From contig JACQXU010000028.1 of NCBI GenBank assembly GCA_016208545.1, positions 1 through 33,374 on the forward strand: 33,374 nucleotides of DNA. The letters are read 5' to 3'. This stretch comes from Candidatus Uhrbacteria bacterium (GTDB taxonomy: Bacteria > Patescibacteriota > Patescibacteriia > UBA9934 > GWF2-40-263). Each line of letters opens with the position of its first letter. Positions within the stretch are counted from its first letter, which is position 1. Positions 15,483 through 23,959 of this stretch are shown here, piece by piece. The position numbers and the translations under genes were made by a program. The notes under the pieces were generated by a model, which saw only the letters and a program-made list of their open reading frames with translations, had not been told where the DNA came from and did not search any database.

Positions 15483-16448
15483 TTAGGAGATTTTGATTTT
15501 TTTGATTGACAGAATTGACGGCCATTTTTTCAAGATTCCGTTTTTTGCGCCACAACTTTGAATAACTGATTCAGCGTTCAGAGTTCCAATTGCGAGCGCA
15601 TATTTGATGTTGTTTTTTTTCATAAGTCCTGCAACAAATCCCGAGCCAAACGCGTCTCCGGCGCCAGTTCGAGAAATTGCTCGCGCACCGGTTGTTTGTG
15701 TGTGTAAAATCGTTCCATTTTGAATCGCGTATGATCCGTTTGTTCCATCAGTTACAATTCTAATCGCGCCTTTTGTTTGAAGTGTGCCAAGCATTGTTTT
15801 AATTGTTTTTTTGTCAGTCAGCAGTTTTGCTTCTTCAGAATTTATATTGAGAATATCAACAATCGGCAGAATTGGTTTAATTTCTTTCATTCCATGTTTG
15901 ATTTCTAGAACTCCAGGATTCCAAGCTACTTTAATTCCGCATTTATTTGCATGTTGAATGATTTTTTTTGAAAGCGCTAGGTTTCCTCCAAGCGAAGTTA
16001 AATAAATCCATTTTGTTTGTTTGCATCCTTCCCAGTGAATATCTTTCGCGTCAAATTTTGACGAAACCCCGCGATACACAAGCACTGTTCGCTCGCCGTC
16101 AGACATTGTCAGAAGCGCTGAAAAACCAGTTTGTCCGTTTTTGATCATTCGAACGAAGTGTGTGCTCACTCCAAAACGGCTCAAATCATCAATCACATCT
16201 TTTCCTGACGAATCATCTCCAATTCGAGTCATTGTTGCTGTGTGAAAATCAAGCGATGCAAATGTGGCGGCTGAATTTGTCGCTCCGCCTCCGGTTGTGA
16301 GAACTAATTTGTCTAAATCAACTTTGGAACCAAGCGCTACACACTCGCCAGAACCGGTTGGAAATTTTTTTGATTTGAGCGCGATGAAAGATTTGGAAAT
16401 TAAAAAAACATCGCGTGTGGCAGAACCGATCGTGATTACGTCAAACAT
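15483..16448 (-). CDS. PfkB-family carbohydrate kinase
   Basis: It has GSATRD near the N-terminus, TGGGATNSA and the C-terminal signature GAGDAFGSGFVAGL. Confidence 0.85.
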   Translation of the reverse strand: MFDVITIGSATRDVFLISKSFIALKSKKFPTGSGECVALGSKVDLDKLVLTTGGGATNSAATFASLDFHTATMTRIGDDSSGKDVIDDLSRFGVSTHFVRMIKNGQTGFSALLTMSDGERTVLVYRGVSSKFDAKDIHWEGCKQTKWIYLTSLGGNLALSKKIIQHANKCGIKVAWNPGVLEIKHGMKEIKPILPIVDILNINSEEAKLLTDKKTIKTMLGTLQTKGAIRIVTDGTNGSYAIQNGTILHTQTTGARAISRTGAGDAFGSGFVAGLMKKNNIKYALAIGTLNAESVIQSCGAKNGILKKWPSILSIKKIKIS

Positions 16449-16457
16449 ATATTCCGA

Positions 16458-19073
16458 TTATAACCCAGATATACCTCGAATAACAAAAGGCAAGATTCCA
16501 CCGTGGCGGAAATATTCGCATTCAACAACAGAGTCAAGTCGGCAAAGAACTTCGAATGTTTTGTTAGAACCGTCTGAATTCAAGGCTGTAACTGTGATTT
16601 TTTGTCCAGGTTTCAGATCATTATCAATTGGAATTGTAAATTTTCCACGACCCGTCAGGCCGATTATTTTTCTGTTTTGTCCTTCCAAAAATTGCAAAGG
16701 CAAAATTCCCATACCAATCAAATTACTTCTGTGAATCCGCTCGACACTTTCAAATAAAACTGCGCGCACGCCAAGTAGCGCTGGGCCTTTTGCCGCCCAA
16801 TCGCGAGACGAACCCATGCCATAATCTTTTCCAGCAATTACAACAAGTGGCGTTTTTTCTTTTTTGTATCGTTCTGCCGCTTCGAAAACTGAAGTCAGTT
16901 CATCTGTTGGAATGTGAATTGTAACACCTCCTTCAGTTCCTGGCGCAAGTTCATTTTTGAGTCTGACGTTTGCAAACGTTCCACGCATCATCACCTCATG
17001 ATTTCCTCTTCGTGCTCCGTAAGAGTTGAAATCTTTTGGTTCAATTCCGTTTTCTCGCAAATAATCCGCTGTCGGGCCAGTTCGTGCGATGTTTCCGGCC
17101 GGCGAAATATGATCAGTAGTCACAGAATCTCCAAGAACAAGAAGCGCTCTGGCTTCGTAAATCGGTTTGATTGCGTCAGGTTTTTTTGTGAGTCCAGCAA
17201 AAAATGTTGGCAAACGAATGTACGTTGATTTTTCATTCCATTTGTAAAGATTATCATTTGGCACAGACAGCGATTTCCACTGATCGCTTCCGACAGTCAC
17301 ATTTTGATATTGTGTTTTGAACAGTTCTGGTTTTAGCACGTTGTGAACGATAGATTGAATTTCTTGATTTGACGGCCAGATGTTTCGAAGAAAAATTGGA
17401 AGACCGTCAGGGTCGTGTCCAATAGGCTCATTTTCAAAATCAATATCAACTCGGCCTGCAAGAGCAAACGCAACAACAAGCGGAGGTGAAGCAAGGAAAT
17501 TTGCGCGTGTGATTGAATGAATCCGTCCTTCAAAATTTCTGTTCCCAGACAAAACAGAAGCAGTGACAAGTTTATTTTCTTCAACTATTTTTGTGAGTGA
17601 ATCATCGATAGGTCCGCTGTTGCCGATACATGTTGTGCATCCAAATCCAACAATATGAAATCCCAAAGTTTCCAAACTTTTAATAAGTCCAGAAGATTCA
17701 AGATATGCTTTTACAACTTGCGATCCAGGAGCGAGCGATGTTTTGACGTGCGACGGAGTGCGCAAACCGTTTTTGACTGCATTGCGCGCGAGAAGTCCTG
17801 CCGCGAGCATCACACTTGGGTTTGATGTGTTTGTGCAAGAAGTTATCGCGGCAATTAAGACAGAACCGTCGTGAATATTTCCATTGTCTTTGGAAGAGTT
17901 TGCTTCGTCTCCAAGAAATTTTTGAAATGTATTTTTTATATCTTTCAGTGCGACTCGATCTTGAGGACGAGTTGGACCAGCAACCGAGGTTTCTATTTCT
18001 GACAAATCAATTTCGATCGTTTCGGAATATTTAATATCATTTTGCGGCAACCCACCTTGTTCCACCCTTGGGAAAGGGGGAAAAACAAACAATCCTTGCG
18101 CGCGCAAATATCTCTCGGCTAAGTGCACTTGCTCGATGTCTCGTCCGGTGTTAATGAGATAGCGAATCGTTTCTGCGTCTGGCGGGAAAAATCCGATCGT
18201 TGCTCCGTACTCTGGAGCCATGTTCGAAATCGTTGCACGATCTGGAAGGGACAAAGTTGCAACAGCGGATCCAAAAAATTCGACAAATTTTTCAACAACT
18301 CCGTGCGAGCGCAAACGCTGTGTAATCGTCAAAACCAAATCTGTTGCAGTGACGCCATTTTTTAGCTCGCCAACAAGTCGCACACCAACAACTCGCGGAA
18401 TCAAAATGGAAATCGGCTGTCCTAGCATCGCGGCTTCGGCTTCAATTCCACCAACTCCCCATCCGAGCACACCAAGTCCATTTATCATTGTTGTATGTGA
18501 ATCCGTTCCAACGAGCGTGTCTGGAAAAATTTGTCCATCTTTTGTCGTAACAGTCGTTGCAAGATATTCCAAATTTACTTGATGTACAATTCCTGTTGCT
18601 GGTGGAATTACACGGAAGTTTTTGAAAACGTTTTGTCCCCATCGCAAAAATTCATAACGTTCACTATTGCGTTCAAATTCGCGCTCTGTATTTTGTGCGA
18701 GCGCTTCCGGCGATCCATAAGAATCAACCTGAACAGAATGATCAATTACTAAATCAACAGGCACTTTAGGATTGATTGCGGATGGGTCTATTCCAAAAGA
18801 TTTAACTGTTTCGCGCAACGCGGCCAAATCTACTACAGCCGGAACGCCGGTAAAATCTTGCATAAGAACGCGAGATGGATAAAACGGAATTTCTTGGTTA
18901 TGAAGTTCGTTGTCTCCCCATTTTAATTTTATTCGCTCTGCCATTTCTTCGTGCCCGTTTCGTAAAAGATTTTCAACCAAAATTCGAATAGAAAAAGGCA
19001 AATGTGAAACATCCACAAGCGCTGGGTATCGGAATTTTTCAGAGTCAGTTATTATTTCTAAGTTCTGTTTCAT
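16458..19073 (-). CDS. acnA: aconitate hydratase A
   Basis: It is full length, with LPFSIRILVENLLRN, MQDFTGVPAVVDLA, DHSVQVD, GTDSHTTMINGLG, CTNTSNP, GCTTCIGNSGP, NRNFEGR and SSRDWAAKG. Start MKQNLEII (ATG 19073) is preferred over the ORF-track start at 19175, which would translate the intergenic repeat. Confidence 0.95.
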   Translation of the reverse strand: MKQNLEIITDSEKFRYPALVDVSHLPFSIRILVENLLRNGHEEMAERIKLKWGDNELHNQEIPFYPSRVLMQDFTGVPAVVDLAALRETVKSFGIDPSAINPKVPVDLVIDHSVQVDSYGSPEALAQNTEREFERNSERYEFLRWGQNVFKNFRVIPPATGIVHQVNLEYLATTVTTKDGQIFPDTLVGTDSHTTMINGLGVLGWGVGGIEAEAAMLGQPISILIPRVVGVRLVGELKNGVTATDLVLTITQRLRSHGVVEKFVEFFGSAVATLSLPDRATISNMAPEYGATIGFFPPDAETIRYLINTGRDIEQVHLAERYLRAQGLFVFPPFPRVEQGGLPQNDIKYSETIEIDLSEIETSVAGPTRPQDRVALKDIKNTFQKFLGDEANSSKDNGNIHDGSVLIAAITSCTNTSNPSVMLAAGLLARNAVKNGLRTPSHVKTSLAPGSQVVKAYLESSGLIKSLETLGFHIVGFGCTTCIGNSGPIDDSLTKIVEENKLVTASVLSGNRNFEGRIHSITRANFLASPPLVVAFALAGRVDIDFENEPIGHDPDGLPIFLRNIWPSNQEIQSIVHNVLKPELFKTQYQNVTVGSDQWKSLSVPNDNLYKWNEKSTYIRLPTFFAGLTKKPDAIKPIYEARALLVLGDSVTTDHISPAGNIARTGPTADYLRENGIEPKDFNSYGARRGNHEVMMRGTFANVRLKNELAPGTEGGVTIHIPTDELTSVFEAAERYKKEKTPLVVIAGKDYGMGSSRDWAAKGPALLGVRAVLFESVERIHRSNLIGMGILPLQFLEGQNRKIIGLTGRGKFTIPIDNDLKPGQKITVTALNSDGSNKTFEVLCRLDSVVECEYFRHGGILPFVIRGISGL

Positions 19074-19083
19074 AGTATTATGT

Positions 19084-19260
19084 GACCTCTGCAAAACTGG
19101 TGCATTTTCGTCGAACAGGCTGTCGAGCCCGCGAAAACGGCAACAAAATTCTTGGGTAATTAATTTGTTAACCATTCAAAATTTAAACGAAGATTTAAGC
19201 ATGGAGAGCTGGCTCGACTGGTCGCCTGTAAGATGAAAATGCACCAGTTTTGCAGAGATC
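19084..19260. promoter_or_regulatory. 26-nt inverted repeat placed directly upstream of both divergent start codons (acnA, icd)
   Basis: GACCTCTGCAAAACTGGTGCATTTTC (19084-19109) matches the reverse complement of GAAAATGCACCAGTTTTGCAGAGATC (19235-19260) at 25 of 26 positions. The arms lie 10 nt from the acnA ATG and 4 nt from the icd ATG. Confidence 0.55.
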
Positions 19261-19264
19261 ACTT

Positions 19265-20446
19265 ATGTCTATTTTTGTAAAAAGCCCAATTGTCGAACTA
19301 GATGGAGACGAAATGACTCGTGTTATTTGGGCTCTCATTAAAGACCAGTTGATCTTGCCATATCTTGAGGTTGATCTCAAATATTTTGATTTGGGGATAA
19401 AAAACCGCGACTCAACAGACGACAGAGTTACGATTGAAGCCGCTGACGCGATCGCAAAATACAAAGTCGGAGTGAAATGCGCCACAATCACACCAAATGT
19501 CGAGCGTGTGAAAGAATATCAGCTCAAAAAAGAATGGCCGTCGCCAAATGGAACGATTCGTGCGAGGCTTGATGGAACGGTTTTTAGAAAACCAATAGTT
19601 GTTTCAAACGTTTTGCCTCAAATGCGTTCATGGAAAAAACCGATTGTGATCGGCCGCCACGCTTACGGAGATATTTATAAAAATGTCGAATTTTCAGTTG
19701 CGTCAGGACAGACAGCCGAGCTGGTTGTTGGGGAAAATAAAAAAATAATTTATGTGTTTGATGGACCCGGAATTGTTCAAGCTGTTCATAACACAGAAGA
19801 TTCGATTCGATCATTTGCAAAAGCTTGCATTGCATTCGCGCTTTTTGAAAAAATAGATCTTTGGTTTGCGACAAAAGATACAATTTCGAAAATTTATCAC
19901 GCGCGGTTTCGGGATATTTTTCAAGAAGAAATTGATTTGCGAAAATCTGATTTAGAAGCGGCAGGCATAAAGTATTTTTACATGTTAATTGATGACGCTG
20001 TCGCTCGCGTGATGCGAAGTGAAGGCGGTTTTTTGTGGGCATGCATGAATTACGACGGAGACGTAATGAGTGACATGCTCGCTTCTGGTTTTGGAAGTTT
20101 GGGGCTGATGACGTCGGTTCTTGTGAGTCCGTCAGGTGTTTTCGAATTTGAAGCCGCGCATGGAACAGTTCAGCGTCATTATTACAAACATTTGAAAGGC
20201 GAGACGACCTCCACGAATTCAACTGCGAGCATTTTTGCGTGGACTGGAGCCATCAAAAAACGCGGCGAGCTGGATATGACTCCAGAAGTCGTCGCGTTTG
20301 GAAATCGTCTTGAGAAAGCCGTTGTTGAAACTATCGAGTCAGGTATTGTGACAGGCGATTTAGCATCGATTATTTCAACTCAAAATGTTGTGCCGGTAAC
20401 TACGCAAGAGTTTATTCACGAGGTGAAGAAGCGTATTGAAAAATAA
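19265..20446 (+). CDS. icd: NADP-dependent isocitrate dehydrogenase (eukaryotic-like homodimeric type)
   Basis: It has [35 protein letters not shown] and NYDGDVMSD. It is about 394 aa from ATG 19265. Confidence 0.95.
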   Translation: MSIFVKSPIVELDGDEMTRVIWALIKDQLILPYLEVDLKYFDLGIKNRDSTDDRVTIEAADAIAKYKVGVKCATITPNVERVKEYQLKKEWPSPNGTIRARLDGTVFRKPIVVSNVLPQMRSWKKPIVIGRHAYGDIYKNVEFSVASGQTAELVVGENKKIIYVFDGPGIVQAVHNTEDSIRSFAKACIAFALFEKIDLWFATKDTISKIYHARFRDIFQEEIDLRKSDLEAAGIKYFYMLIDDAVARVMRSEGGFLWACMNYDGDVMSDMLASGFGSLGLMTSVLVSPSGVFEFEAAHGTVQRHYYKHLKGETTSTNSTASIFAWTGAIKKRGELDMTPEVVAFGNRLEKAVVETIESGIVTGDLASIISTQNVVPVTTQEFIHEVKKRIEK

Positions 20447-20551
20447 ATTATAAGAATAGATTGAATGAATAGAGTGGATGCGTAAACTGTTGACATTTTT
20501 TCACAGGGGTGAAAAGACGTCAACAAACTTTGCTACATAAATTTTTTTCTT

Positions 20552-21475
20552 TTAGCCTTTTCCTGTGCATCCAAGCAGTTGCATTTTATGGCGCGCGACA
20601 GAAGTCATTAACTCTTTCGCCGGTTTTAAAATTTCGCGAGGATCTATCACTCCAGGCTTTTCTTTTAAAAATTTTCTAATACCTGCGTCAAAGGCGATTC
20701 GCAGATCTGTATCAATGTTCACTTTACAAATTCCAAGCGAAACCGCTTTTTTGATTTGCGAGTCAGGAATTCCTTTGGCTGAAGCTATTTCACAGCCATA
20801 TTTTGTGCACAAGGATTTTATTCGCGCTGGCACGCCGGAAGCTCCGTGCAAAACAAGTGGAACAGAAGTTGCCTCTGCCACAGCTTTTAATCTTTCAAAA
20901 TCCAAATCTGAATCTTTTTTCATTTTGTAGGCTCCGTGGCGCGTGCCGATTGCAACAGCAAGCGCGTCACAGCCTGTTTGATTAACAAAATCTGCGGCTT
21001 GAGATGGTTGGGTCATTGCCGCCTCGCGTTCTGTGACAGACACAAAATCTTCTTTTCCTGCAATAAGTCCGAGTTCGGCTTCTACAGAGATTTTTTTAGC
21101 ATGTGCCAACTTTACAATCGTTTTTGTTTTTCGAATATTTTCTTTGTAGGGAAGTGACGATCCATCAAACATTACACTTGTATAAAAACCGCTTTTTATC
21201 GCTTCAACAACCAGATCATAATTTTTTCCGTGATCAAAATGAAATACAACAGGCAATTTTGTTTTTTGCGCCGCAAGATGAACAAGCGCTGATAGTTCTT
21301 CCATACCAGCATAGACAATTGCGCCTTCGGAAGTCTGAACGATGATAGGAGAGCGTTCTTTTTCTGCCGCGTTCATCACAGCTTGAAGAGTTTCAAGATT
21401 ATTGATGTTAAACGCTCCGACCGCGTAGCGTCCGTTTTGAGCTTTTGTGAGAATAGCTGAAAGTGAAGTAAACAT
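20552..21475 (-). CDS. fba: class II fructose-bisphosphate aldolase
   Basis: It has GRYAVGAFN, PIIVQTSEG, HFDHG, SVMFDGS, VEAELG, AIGTRHGAYK, LVLHGASG and NIDTDLR. Confidence 0.9.
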   Translation of the reverse strand: MFTSLSAILTKAQNGRYAVGAFNINNLETLQAVMNAAEKERSPIIVQTSEGAIVYAGMEELSALVHLAAQKTKLPVVFHFDHGKNYDLVVEAIKSGFYTSVMFDGSSLPYKENIRKTKTIVKLAHAKKISVEAELGLIAGKEDFVSVTEREAAMTQPSQAADFVNQTGCDALAVAIGTRHGAYKMKKDSDLDFERLKAVAEATSVPLVLHGASGVPARIKSLCTKYGCEIASAKGIPDSQIKKAVSLGICKVNIDTDLRIAFDAGIRKFLKEKPGVIDPREILKPAKELMTSVARHKMQLLGCTGKG

Positions 21476-21477
21476 AA

Positions 21478-22464
21478 TTAAATAATTTTTGGTTTGAATG
21501 ACGGATGCTTTTTTAGGCGCGAAGCAATTTGTCTATCAGATAAAAGGCCATCTTGAGGACCGACTTGTCCAATTACTGAAGCAGAATTTACAGATCCCCA
21601 TTTAAGAGCGTCTTTTGCTGTTTTTCCGTGCATGAGTGCTCCGATAAAACCAGTTGCAAAAGCATCGCCAGCGCCGGTAGCTTCAACCAGTTTTCCTGGA
21701 AAAATGTCAATTGAAAGCAAAGTTTTTCCATCAAAGCACGCCGCTCCATTTTTTCCATCTGTAACAACAACGACTTTAGCGCCTAAGCTATAAAGTTCTG
21801 TTGCAAGACGAGTTATTTCGTCTATCGTTTTTGAAATTAAGTATTGTGCTTCGCTTCGATTTACAAACAGCACTTCAGCTTTCTGAATCAATTCAAAAAG
21901 CACAGGTTTTCGTTCCGAAATTTGAACTGTTCCAGGATTTATGCCAAGTCGGATTTTTTTCTTTTGAACGTAGCGTGCGAGGTTTGAAAAAAAAGGTTCG
22001 TATCCATTTCCCATTTCACCAACGTAGAGCCATTTTGTTTCCGGCAATGGTTTTGGAAGGCGATATGCGTTTTGGTTGTGCGCGGTCAGCAATGTTTTTT
22101 CACCTTTGAAATTAAGAACTACCGAGTACGCGCTTTTTGCGCCTTTGATCGAACGAACGAAGCGTGTTGAAACTTTTTCTTTTTCAAGTTTTTCAAGTGA
22201 AAGTTTTCGAGTTCCATCCTGTCCCATATTTGAAATGACCGCAGTTTTTTGTCCCATTCGCGAAAGACCGACAGCGACGTTTGGAGCGGTTCCTGCGATT
22301 TGCGAATCCACCATTTCAACAACGATTTTTCCGCCGTAATCCAAACACAATTGGCATTCAGGCATTTTGAGTTGACATTGAAGGCTCGCGTCGTTTAAGA
22401 CGACGAATGTGTCGAGTTTGATGTCGCCGATTGTGATGAGATCGAGCATAATGGAAATAGTCAT
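21478..22464 (-). CDS. PfkB-family carbohydrate kinase
   Basis: It has LITIGD, GTAPNVAVGLSRMG and GAGDAFATGFIGAL. It lies between tktC and fba, and the substrate is not assignable. Confidence 0.85.
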   Translation of the reverse strand: MTISIMLDLITIGDIKLDTFVVLNDASLQCQLKMPECQLCLDYGGKIVVEMVDSQIAGTAPNVAVGLSRMGQKTAVISNMGQDGTRKLSLEKLEKEKVSTRFVRSIKGAKSAYSVVLNFKGEKTLLTAHNQNAYRLPKPLPETKWLYVGEMGNGYEPFFSNLARYVQKKKIRLGINPGTVQISERKPVLFELIQKAEVLFVNRSEAQYLISKTIDEITRLATELYSLGAKVVVVTDGKNGAACFDGKTLLSIDIFPGKLVEATGAGDAFATGFIGALMHGKTAKDALKWGSVNSASVIGQVGPQDGLLSDRQIASRLKKHPSFKPKII

Positions 22465-22505
22465 TGAGTCATTGAGTCATTGAGTCGTGGAGTCGTGAAG
22501 TGTGA
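22461..22505. repeat. 8-nt-period array that forms the whole tktC-pfkB spacer and contains the pfkB start codon
   Basis: The plus-strand reading is TCATTGAG x3, then TCGTGGAG TCGTGAAG. GAGTC recurs at 22466, 22474, 22482 and 22490. Confidence 0.75.
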
Positions 22506-22510
22506 AACAA

Positions 22511-23521
22511 TTATTTTAATTTCAGGACTCGGAATGCGGCAGTGATAATTGATCGTGCGGTAAGTCCAAACGCTTCTTGCAGTTGACGAGGTTCTCCGGA
22601 TTCTCCAAAACGATCTTGCACTCCGATTCGTTCAACCGGCACTGGAGTTGAAAGACATACTGTTTCAGCCACAGCTCCGCCAAGTCCGCCGACGGCTTGA
22701 GCTTCTTCGACTGTTACGATCGCGCCGGTTTCCTTTGTGGCCTTGATGATTGTTTTTACATCAAGCGGTTTGATCGTGTGCATGTTGATGACTCTTGCTT
22801 CGATTTTGTGGTCGAGTGATAGAATTTGCGCAGCTAACAAAGCTTCATAAAGAAGAGGTCCAGCCGCTATTATTGTGAGGTCATTGCCGAAGCGATATGT
22901 TTCAGCTCGGCCGATTTTGAATGGAGTTTTTTCTGTTGTGAAAACCGGAGATTTTTCACGTGCAAAACGAATATAGCAAGGACTTGAAAGTTTTGCGATT
23001 GCAATCGTTGCTTTTTTTGTTTCAAAAGAGTCGCACGGAACAAAAACTTTCATATTTGGCATTACACGCATGATCGCGATGTCTTCAATCATTTGATGAG
23101 TCGCGCCGTCTGGCCCAACCGAAACTCCTGCGTGAGCTCCTGCAATTTTCACATTGCTGTTTTGTATCGCGATTGTTGTTCTGATTTGTTCCCAATTGCG
23201 TCCCGGAGAAAAACACGCGTAACTTGAAATAAATGGAATTTTTCCAGTGATTGCCATTCCAGCCGCGATCGAAGCCATTGATTGCTCGCTGACTCCAAGT
23301 TGAACGAAGCGGTCAGGAAAAGCGTTTTTGAACGCGAGCGAACGTGTGGATTCTGTGAGATCTGCGCACAAAACCACTATGTTTTTGTCTTTTTTTCCAG
23401 CTTCGACAAGCCCATCGCCGTATCCATTTCTGGTTGGCACTTGTTCGAGTTTGTCAGGATCAAAAAGATGACGAACAAGATACGCCTCGCGATTAATGCC
23501 TGATTGTTGTTTTGTTTTCAT
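22511..23521 (-). CDS. tkt: transketolase, C-terminal (pyrimidine-binding plus C-terminal domain) subunit
   Basis: It has PTRNGYG, VVLCADL, FPDRF...GVSEQ, FISSYACF, AGVSVGPDGATHQ and a transketolase C-terminal domain. It is 336 aa. Confidence 0.9.
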   Translation of the reverse strand: MKTKQQSGINREAYLVRHLFDPDKLEQVPTRNGYGDGLVEAGKKDKNIVVLCADLTESTRSLAFKNAFPDRFVQLGVSEQSMASIAAGMAITGKIPFISSYACFSPGRNWEQIRTTIAIQNSNVKIAGAHAGVSVGPDGATHQMIEDIAIMRVMPNMKVFVPCDSFETKKATIAIAKLSSPCYIRFAREKSPVFTTEKTPFKIGRAETYRFGNDLTIIAAGPLLYEALLAAQILSLDHKIEARVINMHTIKPLDVKTIIKATKETGAIVTVEEAQAVGGLGGAVAETVCLSTPVPVERIGVQDRFGESGEPRQLQEAFGLTARSIITAAFRVLKLK

Positions 23522-23850
23522 AAATTATCTGTCATTGCGAGGGAGTCTTCAGACGACCGAAGCAATCTCCTCGTATAAGTCGTTCCATTTTGGAATAGTC
23601 GAGTTGATAAGTTCAACTTTTTTTTTCTTGAACCAGCTTTGAGTTGTTTTTCTCTTGAGATTGCATTGTAAGCTTCTTCGCACATTTCGTAATAAACAAG
23701 TTTGTTCAGATTATATTTTTTTGTAAATCCATCTATTAATTTTTCTCTATGTTCCCAGATTCTGCGAACGATGTTGTTGGTAACTCCAATATATAAAACT
23801 CGATTGTTGGTATTTGTAAGGATATAGACAAAATAAAGTTTATCTTCCAT
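23518..23850 (-). CDS. GIY-YIG nuclease family protein (YhbQ / COG2827-like)
   Basis: It has FYFVYILTNTNNRVLYIGVTNNIVRRIWEH, GFTKKYNLNKLVYYE and AISREKQLK. ATG 23850 is preferred, because the ORF-track N-terminal extension is a translated repeat arm. The C-terminus is out of register with the family after an A9 tract (see findings). Confidence 0.8.
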   Translation of the reverse strand: MEDKLYFVYILTNTNNRVLYIGVTNNIVRRIWEHREKLIDGFTKKYNLNKLVYYEMCEEAYNAISREKQLKAGSRKKKLNLSTRLFQNGTTYTRRLLRSSEDSLAMTDNL

Positions 23851-23948
23851 AAAATATGCATAGATTGCTTCGCGGAGTTTACCCTGAGCGAAGTCCCGCT
23901 TCCAGACGGGACCCCGCCAGAGGCGGTGGTCGAAGGGCTCGCAATTAC
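23531..23948. mobile_element. palindromic element with a GIY-YIG gene in its loop (putative autonomous copy of the GTCATTGCGAGG repeat family)
   Basis: The first arm is GTCATTGCGAGGGAGTCTTCAGACGACCGAAGCAATCTC (23531-23568). The second arm is AGATTGCTTCGCGG...GGGCTCGCAATTAC (23862-23948), in inverse orientation, degenerate and expanded. Only the GIY-YIG ORF lies between them. Confidence 0.55.
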
Positions 23949-23959
23949 ACAAATGAAAT

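Noticed and set aside
16264-19236. Numerous 60-156-aa ORFs antisense to or out of frame with acnA and the kinase gene, plus similar shadows in ileS, tkt, fba, icd and the L,D-transpeptidase gene
   Set aside because: All lie within long ORFs that have clear family signatures. These are typical shadow ORFs with low-complexity or odd composition.
19195-19491. 98-aa minus-strand ORF across the acnA-icd intergenic region and the icd 5' end
   Set aside because: It is antisense to a well-supported icd N-terminus and runs through the 26-nt repeat. It shows no family resemblance.
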